A stretch of DNA of 64,000 bases from Clostridia bacterium (GTDB taxonomy: Bacteria; Bacillota; Clostridia; Christensenellales; CAG-138), in contig JAFQXA010000019.1 of assembly GCA_017407205.1 (NCBI GenBank), positions 41,210-105,209 of the forward strand, given 5' to 3'. The position numbers and the translations under genes were made by a program. Under the pieces are notes generated by a model. The model was not told where the DNA came from and ran no database searches. It saw only the letters and a list, made by a program, of their open reading frames with translations. The first letter of the stretch is position 1. Each line of letters starts with the position of its first letter. Positions 48,161-56,770 of this stretch are shown piece by piece.

Positions 48161-48216
48161 AGTCCCACCTTCGGCACCAACAACAAAAGCACCCGAGAGG
48201 GTGCTTTTTTGTTGGT
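48161..48216 (+). repeat. duplicate of tRNA-Leu 3' end (20 nt exact) plus its terminator
   Basis: AGTCCCACCTTCGGCACCAA is identical to 47982-48001. The following hairpin AAAAGCACCC-GAGA-GGGTGCTTTT matches 48006-48029. About 50 of 56 positions are shared overall. Confidence 0.8.
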
Positions 48217-48219
48217 GCA

Positions 48220-48289
48220 GTGAAATAAATCCCTGTCGGGATTTGTGAAATACGCTATGCGTGTGAAATATGGCTTCGCCATGTGAAAT
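48220..48289 (+). repeat. four direct GTGAAAT heptamers
   Basis: GTGAAAT at 48220, 48245, 48263 and 48283, mostly in a tGTGAAATa context. Confidence 0.8.
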
Positions 48290-48316
48290 GCCTGCGGGCG
48301 TGAGAGGATTTATTTT

Positions 48317-48395
48317 ATTTCACTTGATGCTTGCATCAAATTTCACAATGACAATAAGTCATTATTTCACATTTTGCGTGAGCAAAATATTTCAC
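48317..48395 (-). repeat. four inverted GTGAAAT heptamers (ATTTCAC on top strand)
   Basis: ATTTCAC at 48317, 48340, 48364 and 48389, spaced 23-25 bp. A TTGATGC-tt-GCATCAA palindrome lies at 48324-48339. Confidence 0.8.
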
Positions 48396-48448
48396 TTTAA
48401 CTCCTTTTGCAAACATGATATAACTATGGTAAGAGAGGTGGTGCTTGT

Positions 48449-48796
48449 ATGGCTGAATCTAAACTTCGTGAGCTCTCGACAGACTTTGCTGTTAAGATTA
48501 TAAAATTGTGTGAAGGTATAAAGGGACATCACTCACTTGTAAACCAGTTAGAGCGCTCGGCAACGTCGATTGGTGCAAATATCCATGAAGCAAACTATGC
48601 ACACGGTAAGCCTGATTTTATTGCTAAATTACAAATTGCATTGAAAGAATGCTATGAAACAGAATACTGGCTGGAATTATTTGTAAAATCCGATATCTTA
48701 AACAGAGAAACCGCAGGTAATCTTTATAACCAATGTGGTACTATTCGTCGCGTTCTGATTGCTTCCATCAATACTGCAAAAGAAAATACCAAATAA
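48449..48796 (+). CDS. four-helix-bundle protein (23S rRNA intervening-sequence protein / Avd-like family)
   Basis: LSTDFAVKIIKLCE..LVNQLERSATSIGANIHEANYAHGKPDFIAKLQIALKECYETEYWLEL is the family signature. Confidence 0.8.
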   Translation: MAESKLRELSTDFAVKIIKLCEGIKGHHSLVNQLERSATSIGANIHEANYAHGKPDFIAKLQIALKECYETEYWLELFVKSDILNRETAGNLYNQCGTIRRVLIASINTAKENTK

Positions 48797-48834
48797 TCAC
48801 ATACTGACAAATATGCTCCATGCTACTTCCCTCA

Positions 48835-48863
48835 TTGCACATACCAACATTTTAGTGTATAAT
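48835..48863 (+). promoter_or_regulatory. sigma-A promoter (TTGCAC-17 nt-TGtTATAAT extended -10) for the FMN riboswitch/ribU
   Basis: TTGCAC at 48835-48840 and TATAAT at 48858-48863, with TG at 48856-48857. Confidence 0.65.
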
Positions 48864-48865
48864 AC

Positions 48866-48990
48866 CTCATATCTTCGGGGCAGGGTGAAAATCCCTACTG
48901 GCGGTTAAAGTCCGCGAGCGAGCGTATGAGCTTGCTGATTCGGTGAAAGTCCGAAACCAACAGTAAAGTCTGGATGGAAGAAGATTGAAA
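48866..48990 (+). promoter_or_regulatory. FMN riboswitch (RFN element)
   Basis: CTTCGGGGCAGGGTGAAAATCCCTACTGGCGGT..AGTCCGCGAGC..GATTCGGTGAAAGTCCGAAACCAACAGT..AGTCTGGATGGAAGAAG matches the RFN consensus. Confidence 0.9.
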
Positions 48991-49085
48991 CGGTATATTT
49001 TTATTGAGGATTATTGCTTCTTTAGTACCTTTCTTTTTTCTTGCTTTGTCTTGAGATGAAAAAGTAGATACTAAGGAGTTTTTTT

Positions 49086-49694
49086 ATGGAAAAAAGTAAA
49101 ATGTTCAATGCAAGAAAATTGACAATGACAGCAATGTTCGGTGCAATTTCATTCATCTTGATGTTCTTTAAACTCAATATTCCGTTTTTCTCACCTGTTG
49201 CGGATTTTGACTTGTCGGCATTTCCCGAGCTTTTGGGCGGATTTATGCTCGGACCGATTTGTGCACTTGTGATTATTGTGATAAAGCTTGCTTTGAAGCT
49301 TGCAATACTCGGCACATCAACAATGTTCACGGGTGAATTACAAAACTTGCTTTTGAGCATAGCTTATGTATTGCCTGCGGTGCTTTACTACCGAAAGAAC
49401 AGGACAAAAAAGGGTGCTGTAATCGGCGTAGTAATCGGAAGCGTGGCAAGCATCATAATCGCCGTGTTTACGAATATTTATTTGATTTTTCCTTTTTATA
49501 TGGAAGTTTTTGGCATGGATTGGGAAAAAATAATCGGAATGTTTTCCGCAGCAAATTCTTACATAAAAGATGTTCCCACACTTATCGCCTTCTCAATAGT
49601 TCCGTTTAATCTCATTTCAAGAACGGTAACATCCCTGTTGACAATATTGCTTTATAAAAAGATAAGCGTCCCAATGAAAAAATGGATGGCGTAG
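49086..49694 (+). CDS. ribU: riboflavin ECF transporter S component RibU
   Basis: Six-TM S-component-like protein (KLTMTAMFGAISFILMFF..) directly behind the FMN riboswitch. Confidence 0.8.
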   Translation: MEKSKMFNARKLTMTAMFGAISFILMFFKLNIPFFSPVADFDLSAFPELLGGFMLGPICALVIIVIKLALKLAILGTSTMFTGELQNLLLSIAYVLPAVLYYRKNRTKKGAVIGVVIGSVASIIIAVFTNIYLIFPFYMEVFGMDWEKIIGMFSAANSYIKDVPTLIAFSIVPFNLISRTVTSLLTILLYKKISVPMKKWMA

Positions 49695-49749
49695 ATGGGA
49701 ACAATATGGGTGAGATTATAGTTAGGAAATCATAAGATTGTTTTTGAAG

Positions 49750-50091
49750 TTAACGAACGTATGGTAATATTTCATCCAAAAACTTTTCAACAACTGCAAT
49801 CTGTGTTGATGTGCAGTTTCGGAGTTTATCAAAAATAGGTTTAAGTTCAGCATCGGATAAATTGTTTTCCGATGCTTTTATATTTATTAAATCATCTAAA
49901 CCTACTTTGAAGAAATCGCAAATTTGGAGCATTTTTTGTATGTTAATCGGACGTTCTCCACGTTCGATGCTTCCCCAATAGTTGATATCATAATTTAAGG
50001 CTTCGCAAAATTTTTCTCTCGTTAAGCCGTGCAATTCACGCAAATGACGTACATTCCTTGCTATTTCAGAAGTTTGTTTATTGATATCCAT
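49750..50091 (-). CDS. XRE-family HTH transcriptional regulator
   Basis: IARNVRHLRELHGLTREKFCEALNYDINYWGSIERGERPINIQKMLQICDFF is an HTH_3 domain. The start was trimmed to MDINK. Confidence 0.8.
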   Translation of the reverse strand: MDINKQTSEIARNVRHLRELHGLTREKFCEALNYDINYWGSIERGERPINIQKMLQICDFFKVGLDDLINIKASENNLSDAELKPIFDKLRNCTSTQIAVVEKFLDEILPYVR

Positions 50092-50162
50092 GAAATCACC
50101 CCCTACACATATTGTATTGAAAAGGGGATTGGGTATACATATCTGCATTGCTAAAGTTACTA

Positions 50163-50191
50163 TTGCAAATTGCATAAGCGAATGCTATAAT
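50163..50191 (+). promoter_or_regulatory. sigma-A promoter (TTGCAA-17 nt-TATAAT) overlapping the palindrome TGCAA-a-TTGCA
   Basis: TTGCAA at 50163-50168, TATAAT at 50186-50191, and the dyad at 50164-50174. This is the probable operator of the divergent XRE regulator. Confidence 0.5.
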
Positions 50192-50217
50192 GTCGAAAAA
50201 AGAAAGAAGGTATATTT

Positions 50218-50664
50218 ATGGCGTGTTTTTATCATCAGGATCGTGTGGCAACTGCAGTTTGCAACACTTGCGGCAAGGCACTGTGTACAGAGTGTGGAAG
50301 CCGTTTTCAGCCTCCGACATGCATGGAGTGTGCAGAAGATTATGCAGAAAACGTGAAGTCAGAAATGAAGAAGAACATTATCATCAGCGTAGTTTTAATG
50401 GTAGTAGGAATCATTGTTACTATGAATCCGCTGGGATTCCTTTTGGCCGGCATACCGTGGGGCTGGAGTGCCTTGAATAAAATAACTCCTGCGATATTTT
50501 TGTGGCTACCGTTGATTGGTTGGGTTATTTATTTCTTAATAAAGTTAATCATTGCGTATGTTATCGGAATAGTGGCTCTGCCTGTTAAGCTTTATCAATG
50601 GACAAAAGAAGTATCAAAAATTAAAAAGTTGCAAGAAGATATTGCAAACAGCAGATGTGCGTAA
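50218..50664 (+). CDS. membrane protein with N-terminal B-box-like zinc ribbon
   Basis: CFYHQDRVATAVCNTCGKALCTECGSRFQPPTCMEC is followed by three TM helices. Confidence 0.55.
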   Translation: MACFYHQDRVATAVCNTCGKALCTECGSRFQPPTCMECAEDYAENVKSEMKKNIIISVVLMVVGIIVTMNPLGFLLAGIPWGWSALNKITPAIFLWLPLIGWVIYFLIKLIIAYVIGIVALPVKLYQWTKEVSKIKKLQEDIANSRCA

Positions 50665-50704
50665 AAGCCAAAACTTTATTTTAAACAAGTGAGGACAAGC
50701 TGAT

Positions 50705-51163
50705 ATGATAATAATAATTTCGTTGACTGTGCTTGGCGTAATAGCGTTTCTGCTTATTGGCTGGGGAACAATGATTGCAGCGTGGCTTTGGAGTCATGCG
50801 GTAGTCGTAGGAATTATTATATTTATACTTCATGGATTGCTGTCACTGTTGTGTGCAGTAAATTCAGCAAGTGAGTATTCCATTTTAGGATTGATACTGT
50901 CGCTCGTCCATTCTGTTATACCTGTAATCACACTGATAACGGCATATGATGCGTCATTTGCAGAGGGTGGAGGTTTTACCGTAAGCTTAATGCTGAATTG
51001 GATAATCATATTTTTTGTGATGATTGGAGTAGAATGGTTGTTTCTCACTGCAATTAATACAGATGGCGGAAGGTCATACGGCAAATTTATTCTGTTCAGC
51101 ATATTAAATATCGGCGCATCTGCCTTGCTGTTATCAATAGTTAAAACGGCAGGAATGGTATAA
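50705..51163 (+). CDS. hypothetical polytopic membrane protein
   Basis: Five predicted TM helices by eye and no recognised motif. Confidence 0.5.
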   Translation: MIIIISLTVLGVIAFLLIGWGTMIAAWLWSHAVVVGIIIFILHGLLSLLCAVNSASEYSILGLILSLVHSVIPVITLITAYDASFAEGGGFTVSLMLNWIIIFFVMIGVEWLFLTAINTDGGRSYGKFILFSILNIGASALLLSIVKTAGMV

Positions 51164-51257
51164 TTGAGTAACAAATAATGTTCGCTTGTTTTTGTATAGC
51201 TTTCTGATTTTTTAGGTAAACTATCCCTGTAATAATAATGACGGGAGGTAGTTTGGC

Positions 51258-51350
51258 ATGAAGAAGCAGAGTAAGAAAAAGAGCAAGCAGGGCGAAAGCA
51301 AAGAAAACAACAGCGTCCAGCAGATTTCAAATCAAAGTGAACAGAAATAA
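51258..51350 (+). CDS. 30-aa highly basic/polar small protein (MKKQSKKKSKQGESKENNSVQQISNQSEQK)
   Basis: RBS GGGAGGTAG lies 7 nt upstream and a strong terminator immediately downstream. Confidence 0.4.
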   Translation: MKKQSKKKSKQGESKENNSVQQISNQSEQK

Positions 51351-51361
51351 GCAATATAAAA

Positions 51362-51393
51362 ATATCGCAGCCTGTATGGGCTGCGATATTTTT
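51362..51393. terminator. bidirectional intrinsic terminator
   Basis: ATATCGCAGC .. GCTGCGATAT hairpin with a T-run on both strands. Confidence 0.8.
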
Positions 51394-51408
51394 GTGACGC
51401 ATTGAAAA

Positions 51409-53166
51409 TTACTTGATCTTTACGCCGTATATTTTCTCTGCACGGGTACCTATTACTATTGTATCTCCGAAGGCTGCGGGGCTTGCTTCAAAGTTGCCCT
51501 CAAGCTCAAGCATATCAAGCTTCTCGCCTGTTCTTCCGTCAAAGAGATACATCTTGCCGGCTGAGGTACATTCTACAATGTAACCGTCGCCATTGTCGTC
51601 ATAGATGATAAGGGGGGATGACCAGCTGTATGAGCCGAGCTCTTTTACCCAAACCTTTTCACCGTTTGCCTTGTTGTAGGCTACAAGAACGCCGCGTGTC
51701 TCTGTGTCAACCGTCATTGCGTATGCTACATATACGAGGTCGCTGAGGTTGTTCTTGCCAAGGGCTGCAGTATCCTGTATACCGCCCGATACGCTTGAGC
51801 GTGTGCAGCGGTAGCCCTGGTCCTTCCAGACTATTTCACCTGTCAAGGCGTTGATCTTCCAGAACGGAATGTAGCCGTAGTTGTTGCTGTCAACCGTCCA
51901 GTGAAGTGATGTTCCGATATAGATTGATGCTTCGCCCGTTTTTTCGTCTACTTCAAATACGGGGGAACAGTTTGTATCGTCCATAACATCCTGCATCCAT
52001 ACAACTTCGAGAGTGTTTATATCAATACAGAAAAGGTTGCCTGCGTTGTCGGATACATACATATAATGTCTCCAGATAACGGGGCTTGACTCGAAGCCGA
52101 GCCAGTAGGATGATGTACCGCCATCTCTTGAACGCGAGGTAGAATAACGCATCTTAACCGTATCTGACGGGTTTATACTGATTGTACCGTTTTGTGCATC
52201 GTAGTTTGTATTGAGCTTCATCTGGTAAACGATGCCGTTTTCGGCCGCATAAGTCAGAGTGTCGCTCTCTGTGTGTATGAGGGATGCAGGGTCAAAAGCT
52301 GTGAAGCTTCTCTGTGCAAACGGATCGCTTGCACCGTAGCTGTACAGCATCTTGCCGTCAATGAGTGAGAATATCATGTTTCGGGCAGCACCGTTGGGAC
52401 CGTCATCACCTGCGCCTACATACAAAAGCGGATAACCTCTCGGGTCAAGGCTTCCTGCACCCTTGAATGTCCAGCCACCGCTTATCTTGTCACGCGTGAA
52501 TGAACCGTCTTTTAGGTCGAGGAAGTAAATATTGCTGTTTTCTGTTGCGTAGATTATTTCAACGAGGTCTTGCTGTGCTTTCTTCTCGCTGTAAATATTC
52601 ATGTTGTTCTTGGTTTGCTCATCCCAACGCACGATGAGGGGCTGACCTGTCCAACCGCAGCCAAACCATGTGCCGGCACCGCTTTTGCTGATGCTTCCGC
52701 GAATTTCGGTTGTCCATGCAAGCTCAAGCTTCTTTTCACTTACCGTGCCTGCCGTGCCGTATGTCGGATCGTTTCTGTAATTGTTTCCGCGGAATGTCGT
52801 GACGCCAACCATATCTGTATAGCTTTCAGCATCGGGGAAAGTAAGGTCTGCGTGCCAGAGGTGAGTTGAAATTCTGCCGAATGAGTTTTCCTTCTCGGTC
52901 TCAAGCCCGAAGGTGTCCGGATGCGTTGATGCTACAGATGTAGGATCCGGGATCGGAACAGGAGTGGGAGTCAGCTCTGCCTGGCTGCTGCTGCCGGGGG
53001 TTGAGCTTGTACCTACCTGAAAAGGATCCGTAATGGGGTTTTCTCTGTTATGTGAACATGAAACTATAAGGAATATTCCAAGCAGGATTATTACTATGAT
53101 TATAAGGATAAAAAGAAAAAATCTCGGTGTGAGTCTGTATCTTTTTCTGCGTTTCTTTTGTACCAT
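51409..53166 (-). CDS. PQQ-like beta-propeller repeat protein, membrane anchored
   Basis: N-terminal basic region plus a TM helix, then repeated ..G.l..lD..tGe.vW.. propeller blades (NLFCIDINTLEVVWMQD, LTGEIVWKDQG, NGEKVWVKELG, FDGRTGEKL). The start was trimmed to MVQKKRRK. Confidence 0.6.
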   Translation of the reverse strand: MVQKKRRKRYRLTPRFFLFILIIIVIILLGIFLIVSCSHNRENPITDPFQVGTSSTPGSSSQAELTPTPVPIPDPTSVASTHPDTFGLETEKENSFGRISTHLWHADLTFPDAESYTDMVGVTTFRGNNYRNDPTYGTAGTVSEKKLELAWTTEIRGSISKSGAGTWFGCGWTGQPLIVRWDEQTKNNMNIYSEKKAQQDLVEIIYATENSNIYFLDLKDGSFTRDKISGGWTFKGAGSLDPRGYPLLYVGAGDDGPNGAARNMIFSLIDGKMLYSYGASDPFAQRSFTAFDPASLIHTESDTLTYAAENGIVYQMKLNTNYDAQNGTISINPSDTVKMRYSTSRSRDGGTSSYWLGFESSPVIWRHYMYVSDNAGNLFCIDINTLEVVWMQDVMDDTNCSPVFEVDEKTGEASIYIGTSLHWTVDSNNYGYIPFWKINALTGEIVWKDQGYRCTRSSVSGGIQDTAALGKNNLSDLVYVAYAMTVDTETRGVLVAYNKANGEKVWVKELGSYSWSSPLIIYDDNGDGYIVECTSAGKMYLFDGRTGEKLDMLELEGNFEASPAAFGDTIVIGTRAEKIYGVKIK

Positions 53167-53305
53167 AATATACCTCCAAACATACTTATTATACAACTGT
53201 CCCGATGCTAACACAAGTTAACTAACTGTAACGGATACAGATTGACTTATTACCTCATAATATGCTACGATTTACAAAATAGGTTTTGTTTCAAGGAGAC
53301 TGATT

Positions 53306-53923
53306 ATGAAAAGAATAATAGCAGTGATTTCATGTATAATAATGATGTTCGCATTTTGTGCCTGCGATGTTGAATACAATGGTGGAAATGCAAGTCAAGA
53401 TCTTGAGCCCGTCTTGGCAACTATAACGGTTGCAGGCTATGGTGATATAAAGCTTGAGCTTTATCCCGATATCGCACCCATAACCGTTGCAAACTTTGTA
53501 CAGCTTGCAAGCGACGGCTATTATGAAGGCAAAATATTCCACAGAGTCATGAAGAACTTTATGATTCAGGGCGGCTCAAGTGACGGATTTGGCTATGAAG
53601 GGTCAGAGCATAACATAAAAGGCGAATTTGATGCAAACGGCATTGAAAACAGTCTCAAGCACGAAAGAGGCGTTATCTCAATGGCGCGTTTGGAAAAAGA
53701 TATGGACAGTGCATCATCACAGTTCTTTATCGTGCATAAGACAAGTCCCCACCTTGACGGTGATTATGCGGCATTTGGCAAGGTAATTTCGGGCATGGAA
53801 ATTGTTGATGCAATAGCATCCGTTCAAACTGACGGATACAACAACAAACCGCTTACAGATGTTGTTATTGAAAAAGTCACAACAGAGGGCGGAGAATACC
53901 TCGTTCCTCAGTATGTAAACTGA
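53306..53923 (+). CDS. cyclophilin-type peptidyl-prolyl isomerase, lipoprotein
   Basis: Lipobox MMFAFCAC, then FHRVMKNFMIQGG, ISMAR and SQFFIV cyclophilin motifs. Confidence 0.85.
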   Translation: MKRIIAVISCIIMMFAFCACDVEYNGGNASQDLEPVLATITVAGYGDIKLELYPDIAPITVANFVQLASDGYYEGKIFHRVMKNFMIQGGSSDGFGYEGSEHNIKGEFDANGIENSLKHERGVISMARLEKDMDSASSQFFIVHKTSPHLDGDYAAFGKVISGMEIVDAIASVQTDGYNNKPLTDVVIEKVTTEGGEYLVPQYVN

Positions 53924-53960
53924 TATGGAACATTAATACAGACAAGAAGGAGTAAAGCGA

Positions 53961-54683
53961 ATGCTTATAAATGACGTTCTTGCAAAAATGCGAGAGGGCG
54001 ATGTTTCGGCTTTCAAAACATTGTTTGATAAATACGGCCGTCAGCTTTATCGCGAGGCACTTGTAAGCTGTAAGGGCGACCATAAGGCAGCTGCCAAAAA
54101 GGTGTTCGACGTTTTTAACGCCATCAATAATATTGCAAAGCGTGAGCAGAAGGCCGGCGACCAAAAGATAGCTGCTGTCTTATCAAAGGCTGAACAGGCA
54201 GAAAAGATAGAAAATGCCTGCCTCAATGCAGTATGGAGTTCATTGAGTAATTCGTTTGATGAGAATGTAAAAACTCAAAGAGCGATGGCAAACAGTGCTA
54301 TTGCAAATCAAAGTGCATGGATAAACGGCAAGAAGATGGAAACCGTTTCAGAACATGTAGCGCAGGTGCGTGCAGATGAAGAGCAAAGAGAAAAGGAACG
54401 GCTTGAGAACCCTGATGGCGAAAATGACTTTGAAAACAAAATTCCGAGCGACCTTTTATTACAGGCGTATCCCGATGATGTAATCGAGGGCTCTGAAATG
54501 GAGGCAAAACGCAAGAAGGTAAGCAAGAGAAGCGTTTTAATGCTTGTTGTGATAGTAATATTGGTGTTGTTCCTTCTTTGGAGCATACTTGGAATAATTC
54601 TTGCAGTAACACCTTCAACTGCACATATCGATATAGGCTTCGGTGGATTTATAAACGGCATAAAGCGCTTGTTCGGGTGGTAA
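53961..54683 (+). CDS. hypothetical protein with C-terminal TM helix
   Basis: The N-terminus faintly resembles sigma-70 region 2 or an anti-sigma N-terminus (REGDVSAFKTLFDKYGRQLYREAL). A single TM helix lies near the C-terminus. Confidence 0.45.
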   Translation: MLINDVLAKMREGDVSAFKTLFDKYGRQLYREALVSCKGDHKAAAKKVFDVFNAINNIAKREQKAGDQKIAAVLSKAEQAEKIENACLNAVWSSLSNSFDENVKTQRAMANSAIANQSAWINGKKMETVSEHVAQVRADEEQREKERLENPDGENDFENKIPSDLLLQAYPDDVIEGSEMEAKRKKVSKRSVLMLVVIVILVLFLLWSILGIILAVTPSTAHIDIGFGGFINGIKRLFGW

Positions 54684-54722
54684 ATTAAGGCGGTAACAAA
54701 AGAGGAAGGCTTATAAAAAATT

Positions 54723-56189
54723 ATGGCACACAGCAAGAAAACAGTAAAAACTCAGAACAATATTAAACCTATTGCATTGAAAAAACAGAACGTATTTACA
54801 GAGCTCCCGTTTTATGCAATGATAGGCTTCATGTTTTTGGCATATGTAATTTTGCATGAAGTAATGTTCAGTATGTTCGGACATGATGACAGAACCTTGT
54901 TTGGGCATAATTGGTGGGACAGTTATTCATACCAAGCGCAGATGTGGCTAAACGGCAGAGTGGACGTAGACCATCGCGCATGGCTTGAAATAGCACAGTA
55001 CGGGGATAAGTATTTTATATCGTTCCCTCCGCTTCCGTCGGTTGTTATGCTCCCGTTTGTTATACTGTTCGGCGGTGAGTTTGAAACTCCCAATAACCTC
55101 ATAATTGCTTTGTTTGGCATTATAACAGCTTGCTTTGCATATGCTTCGCTTCGCAAGATAAACATGAAAGCTTGGATAGCGGCATTCTGTGCGATGGCGT
55201 TTGTTTTCGGAAGCAATATGCTTTTCATCACCACAATGGGCGGTGTATGGTTCTTGGCACAGATGCTTGCTATACTTTTCTTGATGTGCATGATTTATTG
55301 TGCACAGTGCAACAAGAGAACTCTTGCATATGCAATGATTGCTTTAGCTGTCGGTTGCAGACCTTTTTCAATAGTTGCAGCAATACCCCTCTTTGCGTAT
55401 TTCACAGAGCGTGATATTGAAAACGGAGTCATTGCCAAAAACTCAAAGGGCTTCTTCAAGTACATACTCGGTCAATGCAAGTATTTAATAATCCCGTTTG
55501 TTATCGGATGTATATATATGCTTTACAATTATGTACGCTTTGACAGTCCCTTCCAGTTCGGTCACGATTATTTGCCCGAATTCATGTATGAATCCGTTGA
55601 CGGACAGTTCAATGTATCCTACATAAGCTCAAATCTTTATAAGCTCCTTGTGTATTTCCCCGAAATAACTTCAACGGGCTTGAGCTTCCCGATGTTTAAC
55701 GGATTTTTGTTCTACATTGCAAATCCGTTCTTCCTTGTTGTGATCATAAAGGTCGTAATTGACACAATAAAGAAACGCTTTGACTTATTAAGCATAGCCT
55801 CAATGATATTCATGCTTCTGTCGCTCGTATTCTTCATAGAGGAATACAACTACGGAAATGAAATCTTCAGAACCCTTGCACTCATATCAACGGCACTCGC
55901 AGTTGTACTGTTCCTTGTAAAGTTCATATATGATTTGTTCGTAGAAAAGAAAACAGGCACAGTTCGTATCGCTCTGATAGTTGCAATGTATATAGGGCTC
56001 ATATTCACCTGCTATCATAAGACATTGGGTGGCTGGCAGTTCGGTGCAAGATACACTGCTGACTTTTTACCGCTTGCATTCTTCTATATGCTTCTTGATA
56101 AGGAATGGAAGATTAAGTGGTACGAGTATGCGATAGCAGTATTTGCAATAGCATTCAATGTCTACGGTGCAATCATGGGACAGATATAA
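54723..56189 (+). CDS. polytopic membrane protein, putative GT-C-fold glycosyltransferase
   Basis: Twelve or more TM helices with an early extracytoplasmic loop (WWDSYSYQAQMWLNGRVDVD..YGDKYFISFPPLPS), as in ArnT/PMT-like enzymes. The assignment is tentative. Confidence 0.4.
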   Translation: MAHSKKTVKTQNNIKPIALKKQNVFTELPFYAMIGFMFLAYVILHEVMFSMFGHDDRTLFGHNWWDSYSYQAQMWLNGRVDVDHRAWLEIAQYGDKYFISFPPLPSVVMLPFVILFGGEFETPNNLIIALFGIITACFAYASLRKINMKAWIAAFCAMAFVFGSNMLFITTMGGVWFLAQMLAILFLMCMIYCAQCNKRTLAYAMIALAVGCRPFSIVAAIPLFAYFTERDIENGVIAKNSKGFFKYILGQCKYLIIPFVIGCIYMLYNYVRFDSPFQFGHDYLPEFMYESVDGQFNVSYISSNLYKLLVYFPEITSTGLSFPMFNGFLFYIANPFFLVVIIKVVIDTIKKRFDLLSIASMIFMLLSLVFFIEEYNYGNEIFRTLALISTALAVVLFLVKFIYDLFVEKKTGTVRIALIVAMYIGLIFTCYHKTLGGWQFGARYTADFLPLAFFYMLLDKEWKIKWYEYAIAVFAIAFNVYGAIMGQI

Positions 56190-56223
56190 AACAAATCAAA
56201 ACATTAAAAAGGAGAAAAATACA

Positions 56224-56727
56224 ATGGTAGTTATAGAAATGGAAGGCGGCGGCCGTATCACTTTAGAGCTTGATAAAACGGCAGCACCCAACACGGTCAC
56301 AAACTTTTTGAACCTTGCAGCAAAGGGCTTTTATGACGGCCTGACATTCCACCGCATAATCCACGGCTTCATGATTCAGGGCGGTTGTCCCGACGGAACG
56401 GGCATGGGCGGTCCGGGCTACAGCATAAAGGGCGAGTTCATAGGCAACGGCTTCAATAACCCCATTGAGCACAAGCGCGGCGTTATCTCAATGGCTCGTA
56501 CTTCATTCCCCGATTCGGCAGGCTCGCAGTTCTTTATTATGCATAAGGATTCACCTTTCCTGGACGGTCAGTATGCGGCTTTCGGTCATGTTGTTGAAGG
56601 CATGGAAGTGGTTGATGAAATAGCATCAATTCCTACTGATTTCAGAGATGCTCCCAAGGTAGCAGTAAGAATAAAGAAGGTTACGCTCATTGATGAGGAC
56701 GGCTCAAAAGAACCCGAAAAGTGCTGA
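56224..56727 (+). CDS. ppiB: cyclophilin-type peptidyl-prolyl isomerase (cytoplasmic)
   Basis: FHRIIHGFMIQGGCP, ISMAR, SQFFIMH. ATG at 56224 follows GGAGAAA; the track ORF starts at 56158. Confidence 0.85.
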   Translation: MVVIEMEGGGRITLELDKTAAPNTVTNFLNLAAKGFYDGLTFHRIIHGFMIQGGCPDGTGMGGPGYSIKGEFIGNGFNNPIEHKRGVISMARTSFPDSAGSQFFIMHKDSPFLDGQYAAFGHVVEGMEVVDEIASIPTDFRDAPKVAVRIKKVTLIDEDGSKEPEKC

Positions 56728-56770
56728 TAAAAACAGAATAAAATACTAAAAAAACGGGCAGTATATTTGC

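Noticed and set aside
47901-48282. Minus-strand ORFs of 78 and 111 aa
   Set aside because: They overlap the tRNA-Leu gene and its duplicated 3' end. Their repeated peptide segments simply mirror the DNA duplication.
48220-48395. Possible CRISPR array
   Set aside because: The repeat unit is only 7 nt, the copies switch orientation halfway, spacers are 11-18 nt, and no cas genes are present. This is not CRISPR architecture.
48270-48503. 77-aa plus-strand ORF across the heptamer array
   Set aside because: The frame is generated by the GTGAAAT/ATTTCAC repeats (the peptide contains repeated FH/FT strings). It has no RBS and runs into the start of the real four-helix-bundle gene.
48449-48796. Diversity-generating retroelement (the four-helix-bundle protein is in the Avd family)
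   Set aside because: No reverse transcriptase gene and no template/variable repeat pair is visible within the window. The gene is more likely a stand-alone IVS-type protein.
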